From positions 1 to 23,451 of the forward strand of contig NW_021836601.1 in the NCBI RefSeq assembly GCF_006345805.1: a stretch of 23,451 bases of DNA, read 5' to 3'. Source of the stretch: Octopus sinensis (lineage: Eukaryota). A program made the position numbers and the translations under genes. The notes beneath the pieces were generated by a model. The model was not told the DNA's origin. It searched no databases and was given only the letters and a program-made list of their open reading frames with translations. Positions 9,229-19,878 of this stretch are shown piece after piece; positions within the stretch are counted from its first letter, which is position 1, and every line of letters starts with the position of its first letter.

Positions 9229-10300
9229 GGCGGCGAGCTGGCAGAAACGTTTAAGCACGCCGGGTGAAATGCGTAGCCGTATTTCGTCTGCCGTTACGTT
9301 CCGAGTTCAAATTCCGCCGAGGTCGACTTTGCCATTCATCCTTTCGGGGTCAATAAATTAAGTACCAGTCACGCACTGGGGTCGCTGTAATTGACATAAT
9401 CTGTTTGTCTGTCCTTGTTTGTCCCCTCTGTGTTTAGTCCCTTGTAGGTAATAAAGAAATAAGAAACGTTAGCACGCCGGGCGAAATGCGTAGTTCAAAT
9501 TCCGCCGAGGTCGACTTAACCTTTCATCCTTTCGGGGTCGATAAATAGTACCAGTTACGCACTGGGGGTTGATATAATCGACTTAATCCCTTTGTCCTGT
9601 CCTTGTTTGTCCCCCCTCTGTGTTTTAGCCCCTTGTGGGTAATAAGAATAAGAAACGTTAGCACGCCGGGCGAAATGCGTAGCCGTATTTCATCTGCCGT
9701 TACGTTCTGAGTTCATATTCCGCCGAGGTCGACTTTGCCTTTCATCCTTTCGGGGTCGATAAATAAAGTAACAGTTACGACACTGGGACGATTAATCGAC
9801 CTAACCCTTTGTCTGTCCTTGTTTGTCCCGTCTGTGTTTAGCCCCTTGTGGGTAATAAAGAAATAAGAAACGTTAGCACGACGGGCGAAATGCGTAGTTC
9901 AAATTCCGCCGAGGTCGACTTTACCTTTCATCCTTTCGGGGTCGATAATAAAGTACCAGTTACGCACTGGGGGTTGATATAATCGACTTAATCCCTTTGT
10001 CTGTCCTTGTTTGTTCCCTCTGTGATTAGCCCCTTGTGGGCAATAAAGGAATAAGAAACGTTAGCATGCCGGGCGAAATGCGTAGCCGTATTTCGTCTAC
10101 CGTTACGTTCTGAGTTCAATTCCGCCGAGGTCGACTTTGCTTTCATCCTTTCGGGGTCGATAAATTAAGTACCAGTTACGCACAGGTGTCGATATAATCG
10201 ACTTAATCCCTTTCGGAGTCGATGTAAGCGACTTAATACCTATGTCTGTCCTAGTTTGTCCCGTCTGTGTTTAGCCGCTTGTGGGTTGTAAAGAAATATA
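9229..10300 (+). mobile_element. Tandem array of five SINE family B units (tRNA head plus Deu/Nin-like central domain) inside one 15-bp TSD
   Basis: Units start at ~9229, 9462, 9651, 9866 and 10054. B box GAGTTCAAATTCC; central GGTCGACTTTGCCTTTCATCCTTTCGGGGTCGATAAATTAAGTACCAG. TSD GTATGTTGGTGTGAA at 9213-9227 and 10304-10318. Confidence 0.9.
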
Positions 10301-10508
10301 TAAGTATGTTGGTGTGAATGGGTATGTGTATGTGTGGGGGAAAGAGAAAGATATTGTGTATGTGTGCCTGTATGGGCTTAAAGATTTTTTGCGATGTTAT
10401 GACGGTATGCACGTGTATGTATGTATGTATTGATGGGAGTATGTGTGTGTGAAAGAGAGAGAGAGATTGGGTATATATGTATATATATATATATATATAT
10501 GTGTGTGT

Positions 10509-10545
<37 letters not shown>

Positions 10546-10584
10546 ATGTACGGGTTTAAGCTGTTGGCGGTGTTATGACGGTAT

Positions 10585-11017
10585 ATATATATGTATATTA
10601 TTATGTATGTATGTATGTTGTATATATGTATGTAAGTATGTATAGATGTATGTATTATGTATGTATATATGTATGTATATATGTATGTATATATGTATGT
10701 ATATATGTATGTATGTATATATGTATGTATATATGTATGTATATATTATGTATGTATGTATATATGTATGTATGGTATATATGTAGTATGTATATATGTA
10801 TGTATATATGTATATATGTATGGATGTCTGTATGTATGTATGTTATATATATGTATGCATATATGTATGTATGTATGTATATATGTATGTATGTATGTAT
10901 GTATATATGTATGTATATATGTATGTATATATGTATGTATGTATATATGTATGTATGTATATATGTATGTGTATATGTATGTATGTATATATGTATGTAT
11001 GTATGTATATATGTATG

Positions 11018-11048
<31 letters not shown>

Positions 11049-11140
11049 ATATGTATGTATGTATATATGTATGTATGTATATATGTATGTGTATATGTAT
11101 GTATGTATATATGTATGTATGTATTTATGTATGTATGTAT
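10585..11140. repeat. (TATG)n/(TATATG)n microsatellite
   Basis: Direct reading. Confidence 0.95.
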
Positions 11141-11151
11141 TGGTGCGAGTA

Positions 11152-11182
<31 letters not shown>

Positions 11183-11193
11183 TTGGGTATATA

Positions 11194-11365
11194 CTCTTTT
11201 ATGTACACTTTTTTATGTACATTCCTTTATGTACACTGATTTGTCCTACTTTTTATGTTTAACCCTACAGTCTCTTATGTGGTGGTTTAATAAAGTATGT
11301 GATTGAGTATTATTATCTGGTAATTGATATTTGATTTAGATGTATTTCTCCATTTTCTTATCTTG
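11194..11365 (+). mobile_element. ~170-bp element inserted into (TA)n
   Basis: Absent from the paralogous site at ~10470. It has three TTTATGTACA motifs and an AATAAA, and its 3' half is shared with 1430-1511. Confidence 0.7.
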
Positions 11366-11398
<33 letters not shown>

Positions 11399-11651
11399 AT
11401 ATATGTGTGCATGTACGGGTTTAAGCTATTGGCGTGTTATGACGGTATGCGCGTGTATATTACTAATGTTGGCGGTGGTGTTGGGGTAAGCGTATACTCG
11501 TGTGTTTGAGAGAGTGCGGATGTGTACAAGTTAAGGTTATCGCGCTGTTTTTGTGTCCGATGTTGGCGTTAGTGGTGGGGCATTGGAAGTTATGCCCGTG
11601 TGTGTCGATGGTGTTGGAGTGTGTGCGTGCGCGCAATGGTGTTGTGTGTTG

Positions 11652-11698
<47 letters not shown>

Positions 11699-11736
11699 TG
11701 GCGTGTGTGTGTGTGTGTATGGATGTATGTTTCAGT

Positions 11737-11806
11737 ATGGCCGAGTGGTTAAAAAGTTCGCTACACAATTACGAGCTCCCGGGTTCGTTCCGACCATGTG
11801 GTAACT
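11737..11806 (+). mobile_element. Isolated degenerate tRNA-like SINE head
   Basis: A box TGGCCGAGTGG and B box GGTTCGTTCC; colinear with the family A head, no body follows and no acceptor stem is evident. Confidence 0.6.
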
Positions 11807-11835
11807 TTTTTTTTTTACTATTATATTACTATGAA

Positions 11836-12073
11836 GACGGTGAGCTGGCAGAAACGTTAGCACGCCGGGCGAAAGGCGTAGCCGTATTTCGTCTGCCGTT
11901 ACGTTCCGAGTTCAAATTCCGCCGAGGTCGACTTTGCCTTTCATCCTTTCGAGGTCGATAAATTAAGTACCAGTTTCGCACTGGGGGTCGAAGTAATCTA
12001 ATCGACTTAATCCCTTTGTCTGTCCTTGTTTGTCCCCTCTGTGTTTAGCCCCTTGTGGTTAATAAAGAAATAG
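11836..12073 (+). mobile_element. SINE family B monomer, full length
   Basis: Matches the long unit of the 9229 array; ATATTACTAT at 11823-11832 and 12074-12083 is a likely TSD. A further truncated head follows at 12089-12116. Confidence 0.9.
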
Positions 12074-12375
12074 ATATTACTATTTTAAGGCGGCGAACTG
12101 GGAGAGTCATTAGCAGGTTCCTGCTGGGTAAGACATCCGCCCCACCCCAACCACCCTTTTAAAAAAAGGGTTTTTTTTCGACACAAATCCCCCCTTTTCG
12201 GCTACGGGGGATACGAGTCTGCAAAAAAAAAAAAAAAACTGGCAAAAACCAACATTTCTAAATTACCACTCCCACCCCCCTTTCCTTCATTTTAAACTTT
12301 TTTCACAATTTTTTTTTCCTTCAAAATATGCGGAAAAATACGGAGATTATGATTCTGAAAAAAATTTCCAAAAAT

Positions 12376-12777
12376 CTTTACCCTTTTTACTCTTTTACTT
12401 GTTTCAGTCATTTGACTGCAACCATGCTGGAGCACCGCTTTTAGGTGAGCAAATCGACCCCAGGACTTATTCTTTGGAATCCTAGTACTTATTCTCTTGG
12501 ACACTTTTGCCGAACCGCTAAGTTACGGGAGCATAAACACACCAGCATCGGTTGTCAAGCAATGCTAGGGGGACAAACACAGACACACAAACATATACAC
12601 TTACATACATATATACGACGGGCTTCTTTCAGTTTCCGTCTACCAAATGCACTCACAAGGCTTTGGTGGGCCCGACGCTATAGTAGAAGACACCTGCCCG
12701 AGGTGTCACGCAGTGGGACTGAACCCAGAACCATTGGTTGGTAGCATGCTACTTACCCCACAGCCACTCATGGCGCC
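12376..12777 (-). mobile_element. SINE family A, full length
   Basis: Reverse complement of 311-782, with a GTAAAAGA-type repeat tail. Confidence 0.9.
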
Positions 12778-12779
12778 TC

Positions 12780-12944
12780 TTTAACATTAACAAAAAAATT
12801 TAGGGTTAGGTTAGGGGGAAGGTTTAGGTTAGTACAGGATTTGTTGGATTGGTCTCAGTTTTACACAGCAAATGATTTTAGTTGATAGGGAATGGGGAAT
12901 CGATTGGTTAAAATTGCCGAAATGCTCGGATTTTCATACGAATA
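12780..12944. mobile_element. Leader of the satellite containing degenerate TTAGGG/TTAGG repeats; probably the internal part of a non-autonomous DNA element
   Basis: TTAGGGTTAGGTTAGGGGGAAGGTTTAGGTTAG at ~12800-12832. The sequence runs without a break into satellite unit 1 (AATATTTTACAAACTATAG). Confidence 0.4.
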
Positions 12945-15698
12945 TTTTACAAACTATAGAATTTTCTCAATAAAACCAAGAGAAAAAGATGTTTTATAAA
13001 CACATTCTACCAGTATACGAAGTTTAAAATTTTTTAGTTACCTAGAAATATGTTAAAAACTGCCGTTCAAACCGAAAAGATCCATATCTTACAAACTATA
13101 GAATTTTCTCAATAAAGCCAAGAGAAAAAGATGTTTTATAAAACATTCTACTACCAGTAATACGAAGTTTAAAAGTGTTTAGTTACCTAGAAATTATGTT
13201 AAAAACTGCCGTTCAAACCGAAAAGATCCATATCTTACAAACTATAGAATTTTCTCAATAAAGCCAAGAGAAAAGATGTTTTATAAACACATTCTACCAG
13301 TATACGAAGTTTAAAAGTGTTTAGTTACCTAGAAATTATGTTAAAAACTGCCGTTCAAACCGAAAAGATCCATATCTTACAAACATAGAATTTTCTCAAT
13401 AAAACCAAGAGAAAAGATGTTTTATAAACACATTCTACCAGTATACGAAGTTTAAAAGTGTTTAGTTACCTAGAATTATGTTAAAAACTGCCGTTCAAAC
13501 CGAAAAGATCCATATCTTGCAAACTATAGAATTTTCTCAATAAAGCCAAGAAAAAAGATGTTTTATAAACACATTCTACCAGTATACGAGTTTAAAAGTG
13601 GTGTTAGTTTAAGTTAACTAGAAATTATGTTAAAAACTGCTGTTCAAAAACCGAAAAGATCCATATCTTGCAAACTATAGAATTTTCTCAATAAAGCCAA
13701 GAGAAAAGGATGTTTTATAAACACATTCCTACCAGTAATACGAAGTTTAAAAGTGTTTAGTTAACTAGAAATTATGTTAAAAACTGCTGTTCAAACCGAA
13801 AAGATCCATATCTTGCAAACTATAGAATTTTCTCAAGAAAACCAAGAGAAAAGATGTTTTATAAACACATTCTCATTCTACCAGTATACGAATTTAAAAG
13901 TGTTTAGTTACCTAGAATTATGTTAAAAACTGCTGTTCAAACCGAAAAGATCCATATCTTGCAAACTATAGAATTTTCTCAAGAAAACCAGAGAAAAAGA
14001 TGTTTTATAACACATTCTACCAGTATACGAAGTTTAAAAGTGTTTAGTTAACTAGAAATTATGTTAAAATGCTGTTCAAACAAACCGAAAAGATCCATAT
14101 TTGCAAACTATAGAATTTTCTCAAAGAAAAACCAGAGAAAAGATGTTTATAAACACACTACATTCTACCAGTATACGAAGTTTAAAAGTGTTTAGTTAAC
14201 TAGAAATTATGTTAAAACTGCTGTTCAAAAACCGAAAACGAAAAGCTATCTTGCAAACTATAGAATTTTCTCAAGAAAACCAAGAGAAAAAGATGTTTTA
14301 ATAAACACATTCTACCAGTATACGAAGTTTAAAAAAGTGTTAGTTAACTAGAAATTATGTTAAAAACTGCTGTTCAAACCGAAAAGATCCATATCTTGCA
14401 AACTATAGATTTTCTGAAGAAAACCAAGAGAAAAAGATGTTTTATAAACACATTCTACCAGTATATACGAAAGTTTAAAAGTGTTTAGTTACCTAAAATT
14501 ATGTTTAAAAACTGCCGTTCAACCGTTCAAACCGAAAAGATCCATATCTTACAAACTATAGAATTTTCTCAATAAAGCCAAGAGAAAAAGATGTTTTATA
14601 AACACATTCTACCAGTATACGAAGTTTAAAAGTGTTTAGTTACCTAGAAATTATGTTAAAAACTGCCGTTCAAACCGAAAAAGATCCATATCTTACAAAC
14701 TATAGAATTTTCTCATAAAGCCAAGAGAAAAGATGTTTTATAAACACTTCTCTAACCAGTATACGAAGTTTAAAAGTTTTAGTTACCTAGAAATTATGTA
14801 AAAACTGCCGTTCAAAAGGACAAGATCCATATCTTACAAACCATAGAATTTTTCTCAATAAAGCCAGAGAAAAAGAAGTGTTTTCTAAACACATTCTACC
14901 AGTATACGAAGTTTAAAAGTGTTTAGTTACTAGAAATTATGTTAAAAACTGCTGTTCAAACCGAAAAGATCCATATCTTACAAACTAAGAATTTTCTCAA
15001 TAAAGCCAAGAGAAAAGAGATGTTTTATAAACACATGCTCAATTCTACCATATACGAAGTTTAAAAGTGTTTAGTTACTAAATTATGTAAAAAACTGCCG
15101 TTCAAACAACGAAAAGATCGAAAAGACCATATCTTACAACTATAGAATTTTCTCAATAAAGCCAAGAGAAAAAGATGTTTTCAAACACATTCTACCAGTA
15201 TACGAAGTTTAAAAGTGTTTAGTTACCTTAGAGAAAATTATGTTAAAAACTGCCGTTCAAAAGGACAAGATGCATATCTTACAACCCATAAATTTTCTCA
15301 AAGCCAAGAGAAAAAGATGTTTTATAAACACAATTCTACCAGTATACGAAGTTTTAAAAGTGTTTTAGTTACCTAGAATTTGTTAAAAACTGCTGTTCAA
15401 ACCGAAAAGATCCATATCTTACAAACTATATAATTTCTCAATAAAGCCAAGAGAAAGATGTTTTCTAAACACATTCTACCAGTATATACGAAGTTTAAAA
15501 GTGTTTAGTTACCTAGAAATTATGTTAAAAACTGCTGTTCAAACCGAAAAGATCCATATCTTACAAACTATAGAATTTTCTCAATAAAGCCAAGAGAAAA
15601 AGATGTTTTCTAAACACATTCTACCAGTATACGAAGTTTAAAAGTGTTTAGTTACCTAGAAATTGTGTTACAAACTGCCGTTCAAAAGGACAAGATCC
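12945..15698. repeat. Satellite: 19 head-to-tail copies of a ~143-bp unit
   Basis: Unit ATATCTTACAAACTATAGAATTTTCTCAATAAAGCCAAGAG...AAAACTGCCGTTCAAACCGAAAAGATCC, counted by its AAGATCC ends; the array stops precisely at a unit end (GATCC|TA). Confidence 0.97.
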
Positions 15699-15765
15699 TA
15701 CGCTTGTGTGTATGTGTGCATGCATGTGTTGGTATAAGTTGTTGGCGGTGGCGACGGTGTATGTA

Positions 15766-15992
15766 TACTCTTACTCTTTTACTCTTTTACTTGTTTCAGT
15801 CATTTGACTGCGGCCATGCTGGAGCACCGCCTTTAATCGAGAAAATCGACCCCGGACTTATTCTTTTTTAAGCCCAGTACTTATTCTATCGGTCTCATTT
15901 GCCGAACCGCTATGCGACGGGGACATAAACACACCAGCATCGGTTGTCAAGCAATGCTTGGGGGACAAACACAGACACACAACACACATACA

Positions 15993-16071
<79 letters not shown>

Positions 16072-16233
16072 GACGGGCTTCTTTCAGTTTCCGTCTACCA
16101 AATCCACTCACAAGGCTTTGGTCGGCCCGAGGCTATAGTAGAAGACACTTGCCCAAGGTGCCACGCAGTGGGACTGAACCCGGAACCATGTGGTTCGTAA
16201 GCAAGCTACTTACCACACAGCCACTCCTGCGCC
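15766..16233 (-). mobile_element. SINE family A, full length with expanded internal (TA)n
   Basis: Complete head (GGCGCAGGAGTGGCTGTGTGG on minus) through to the tail. Confidence 0.92.
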
Positions 16234-16319
16234 TATGTTGGTGTATGTTGGTGATGGTGGTGTTGGCGTGAAAGTGTGTGACCTAGGATCGATTCCATTG
16301 TATGGTATCCGTTACAATT

Positions 16320-16674
16320 GGTATTATTATTATTATTACTATTTTTCCAGTTACTCATTGAACTACTGGTGGTTGTGGTGGTAGTGGTTTTGCCACTACC
16401 GGTTACTATTGTTGTTGCTGGTTGCTGCTACTGCTCTACTACTACTATTATCCCCACCACCTCCGCCATAACCACTACTGCTACATACAGGTTCTACAAC
16501 TATTACTATTACTTTTACTATTATCTTCACCATCACAGCTACTTGTACCACTTTCACAACTACCACCGCTACTACATACTACTACTACTACTACTACTAC
16601 TACCATACTACACCACTCACCACCAACTACACCTCACCACCACTACCACCACCACCACCATACCACCGCTACTA

Positions 16675-16707
<33 letters not shown>

Positions 16708-16910
16708 CACCATCACCACCCTAACTACTCTACCACCCACTACCACGCTACTACTACTACTACTACTACTACACTACACTACACCCTCACCACCAACACC
16801 AACTACTTTACCACCACCACTACCGCTCCTCCTCCTCCTCTACTCTACTACTACTACTACTACTAACTCTTCTTCTCTTTCTTCTTCTTCTTCTTCTCCT
16901 CTTCTTCCAA
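16320..16910. repeat. Trinucleotide mosaic (TAT/TAC/CAC/TTC)n
   Basis: Direct reading; the ORFs are homopolymeric runs only. Confidence 0.92.
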
Positions 16911-17194
16911 TCAGGACTCATGCCATTAGCCACAAAGAATATCTCTAATTCGAGCCTTACTCTAAGCTACTAAGAATGTGTGTGGCAACTTGAAGATCCA
17001 CCTACCACACGCGATAGACTGGCGGTTGCACGGTTGCGAAAGCTTTGTTGTTACCCTCATTCCATAAACAGTGGCTTTTAATGGGTGGAGAGCTGAACCA
17101 TCTGGGGTACAGAGGATTCGCAATCTAGACTAGGGTCTGAAAGTTTACCACACACCATAGTGGGTTACACCATGGTGCCTCTGCTTTGTGGCAG

Positions 17195-17387
17195 AAGTAG
17201 GAAGAAAGAGCGAAAGAAAGTTTTGGTGAAAGAGTATAACGGGGTTCACCTCTGCTGGGGCCTCGTGGAGGTTTTAGGTTTTTTGCTCAATAAACACTCA
17301 CAATGCTCGGTCTGGGAATCGAAACCCCCGCGTTCTTACAACTGCGAGTCCGCTGCCCTAACCACTCACTGGCCATTGTGCCTCCAC
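17195..17387 (-). mobile_element. tRNA-derived SINE family D (5' part)
   Basis: Minus strand GTGGAGGCACAATGGCCAGTGAGTGGTTAGGGCAGCGGACTCGCAG..GGTTTCGATTCCCAGACC carries A and B boxes followed by a non-tRNA body. Confidence 0.7.
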
Positions 17388-17620
17388 TGCTGCTGCTGCT
17401 GGCTGAGAGTGGCCGAGACTCATGAGGTTGAATAGGTCCTGGCTACTCAGGAGTTGCATGGTTTTCTAAATAAGGGACCAAAATCTAGAGGAGGGGAAGT
17501 TTTGAAAGTGCTGGATTTGCGGAATTGGACCTATCAGTGATGCAGTGTGGAATTTGGTGGCCTGCCCCCTTCCTTAAACATAGCTGTACCTCCAACTATG
17601 GCCAACACACTTGTATCTTG

Positions 17621-17846
17621 TACGTAGGGGGTACTGAAAAGTTGCTGTCTTTGGGTAAAAGAAAGTACAGGAGGATCAGTTAAATATGATTTTATTCAAC
17701 ATATTCCCATCTTAGATTCACACACTTATTGCAGTGGTCCTTCAGTTTTTCTAAGCCCTGTATAAAAGAACTCAGATAGTTAGTCCTCCAGCCAGGCTTT
17801 TCATGATACCTTTAAGGACAGAAACTTTTCAGTATCCCCTTGGATA
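17621..17846. mobile_element. Tc1/mariner-type MITE
   Basis: TIRs TACGTAGGGGGTACTGAAAAGTTGCTGTCTTT / AAGGACAGAAACTTTTCAGTATCCCCTTGGATA, mariner-like with TA ends. Confidence 0.8.
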
Positions 17847-17869
17847 CCCTTAAAGGCAAGTAAAATTTC

Positions 17870-18950
17870 CTGTAAGTCAGACTGCCTCATGATCCCAGCT
17901 GACAAAATGGAAAAGGTGTTGCCCCTGAAGACAGCAAGTTAAGTTAAGTTAATTTTTTGGCTCAAAAAGCAAAAAGCAAGGCCATGTAGGGGGACATGGA
18001 GTTATGTACAGGGAGGGTGTTTATGCAAAGAGTTCAGGCCATTTCTGGTCAAGAGAGACTTTGAACCGGGTGGTCGTCAGCATCTTCCCTATCTCGTCTG
18101 GCAGCTTATTCCACGGATCCGCAACCCGGACGGAGAAAGTCCCTCTCTTTCGATTGAGATGAAATCATTGCAGATAGAGCTTTTCGGAGTGACCCCACAG
18201 CCAACGCTCTGGAGCAGGAGTGAAGAACAGCTCTTTCGAGAGGTTACACTTTCCGCTTGTGATGTTGTGAGCAAGAATGAGATCACCACGGCATCGTCGT
18301 TTTTCGAGAGAATAAAGGTCAAGCGTCTTCAGCCTTTCTTCATAAGACAAATGCTTGAGACCAAGAACCATGCGGGTAGCCAGCTTCTGGACTCTTTCGA
18401 GATGATGTATGTCTTTGAGGAGATAAGGAGAAGAGGCTTGAATCCCGTACTCCAATATGGGTCTCACCAGCGTGACATAGAGTGGTAGGAATATGGCTGC
18501 TGTGAGCATTCCGAATGACCGTCGAATCAAAAGCAGAACTCCGCGTGCTTTGTTGGCAGCATGGACGCACTGGGCCGAAGGGAGATGTGCTGGAACAGTC
18601 ACTCAGCCTCATGGGGCTCACACATGTGGATAGTCACCTCCACCCTGAAAGTGGTGAGCAGGGATATGGTCCAGGGTCTGAGAATGCTGGAGGTCTCCAC
18701 GGTCACAGGATTGACCAAAACCTGTCAGAAAGTGACTGATACCTTACAGTTTGTTTTTCCCAGCCTGGCAAGCAGTGGAGTCTGGGGCTGGTAGTTGGAC
18801 ACATCAGGTTGCCACTGGTGAAGATGTCACAGTATGTGACATCCCAGATGAGGGGCCTATCGCCACGGAATGGGAAAATTGTCATGCCATTGGCCTTTTA
18901 CCCTTCCCTCGGTCCAGCCCTTCTGGCTCGAGCTGGGTATGGAAGCGTGC
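17870..18950 (-). mobile_element. CRE-clade-like non-LTR retrotransposon C-terminal remnant (restriction-like endonuclease), interrupted by CR1
   Basis: Reading across frameshifts gives LEPEGLDRGKGKRP-GMTIFPFRGDRPLIWDVTYCDIF...RYQSLSDRF..PVTVETSSILRP...EPHEAE*LFQHISL|AVFRGNTFSILSAG, which matches the KRPDG..WD..D / PxAVET / QRxSxAxQRGNA motifs. Confidence 0.8.
17936..18580 (-). mobile_element. 5'-truncated CR1-group LINE (ORF2 C-terminus, 3'UTR, (TTAAC)n tail), pseudogenised
   Basis: LYVTLVRPILEYG..LERVQKLATRM..LSYEERLKTLDLYSLEKRRCRGDLI, then a premature TGA at 18167-18165, then FSVRVADPWNKLP..FKVSLD to TAA at 18023-18021; pentamer tail at 17936-17953. Confidence 0.93.
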
Positions 18951-19097
18951 ATGTTATAGCTAGCTAGCCAGCTAGATAGACAGACAAACAGACAGATGGA
19001 TGGATGGGTGGATAAATGGATGGATAGACTGCCAGACAGACAGATGGATGGTCAGACTGACATATCTATAGTAATCAAATAGATAATATTTCGTTTT

Positions 19098-19498
19098 CAT
19101 GTGCCGGTGGCACATGACCTGCTGTGCTTGAGGAGACCTATTGAGTCAAGTACATGAACATCGAATAAATATCGAATGGAAATAGTAGTTGTGATACCTG
19201 TGCCGGTGGAACGTAAAAAGCACCATCCAAATCGTGGCCGACTGGCTTCTGTGCCGGTGGCACGTAAAAAGCACCAACCGATCGTGACTGTTGCCAGCCT
19301 CCCCTGGCACCTGTGCTGGTGGCACGTAAAAAGCACCCACTACACTCATGGAGTGGTTGGCATTAGGAAGCTGTAGAAACACTGCCAGATCAGTCTGGAG
19401 CCTGGTGCAGCCTCCTGGCATCCCAGACCCCAGACGAACCGTCCAACCCGTGCTAGCACAGAAAACGGATGTAAAACGATGATGATGATGATGATGAT
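19098..19498 (+). mobile_element. Retroposon family C with (GAT)n tail and internal GTGCCGGTGGCACGTAAAAAGCACC repeats (RTE-associated SINE-like)
   Basis: About four internal repeats, a GTTGGCATTAGGAAG motif and a (GAT)7 tail; homologous to 19877-20420. Confidence 0.8.
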
Positions 19499-19548
19499 CT
19501 GGTTAGCAAGATTCTTTATGTGAATTTGTGTGTTGAAACAAACTTTGC

Positions 19549-19878
19549 TGTGTCTAGGAGAGAGTCATTATTTCAATATAATTAACACACACATTGGTTC
19601 AATTCCACTCCTTTATTATTAGTTAATTGGTTAAATATCCTACTAACTAACTAATTGTTTAATTTGTTTTATTTTTGTCTTTGTCATAATTTTTTGTTTT
19701 TTTTTTGTTTTCGTTCCTTGCAACATTTTCAACGAAAGAGCTTTGACAAACAAAAACAAAGCAAATTAAACAATTAGTTAGTTCGTTGTATATTTAACTA
19801 ATTGATGAATAATAAAGGAGTGAAACTGAACCAGCGTATGTGTTAACGATATTGGCATAACGACTCTCGCTAGACACA
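19549..19878. mobile_element. Foldback/MITE-like element with ~140-bp imperfect inverted arms
   Basis: TGTGTCTAGGAGAGAGTC..CACTCCTTTATTATT..AACTAACTAATTGTTTAATTTG..TTTGTCA mirrored by TGACAAA..CAAATTAAACAATTAGTTAGTT..AATAATAAAGGAGTG..GACTCTCGCTAGACACA. Confidence 0.8.

Noticed and set aside
10575-11306. Long ORFs (243, 201 and 147 aa) and similar I/Y/C/M/V ORFs elsewhere
   Set aside because: They are translations of stop-free microsatellites.
11737-11806. Functional tRNA gene
   Set aside because: A and B boxes are present, but the cloverleaf and acceptor stem do not pair; it is colinear with the SINE head.
12116-12375. Left terminus of the element that gave rise to the satellite
   Set aside because: Homopolymer-rich, possibly low-quality sequence; no convincing inverted match to the 143-bp unit.
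12799-12832. True or interstitial telomere array
   Set aside because: Only a few degenerate TTAGG(G) units.
12945-15698. CRISPR array
   Set aside because: Units are contiguous 143-bp repeats without unique spacers, there are no cas genes, and the context is eukaryotic.
16318-16866. 182-aa His/Tyr/Thr-rich protein
   Set aside because: Trinucleotide mosaic without an ATG start or any complex sequence.
17924-17940. CTGAAGA hammerhead core
   Set aside because: No stem II or GAAA; it is the antisense of CRE coding sequence (AVFRG).
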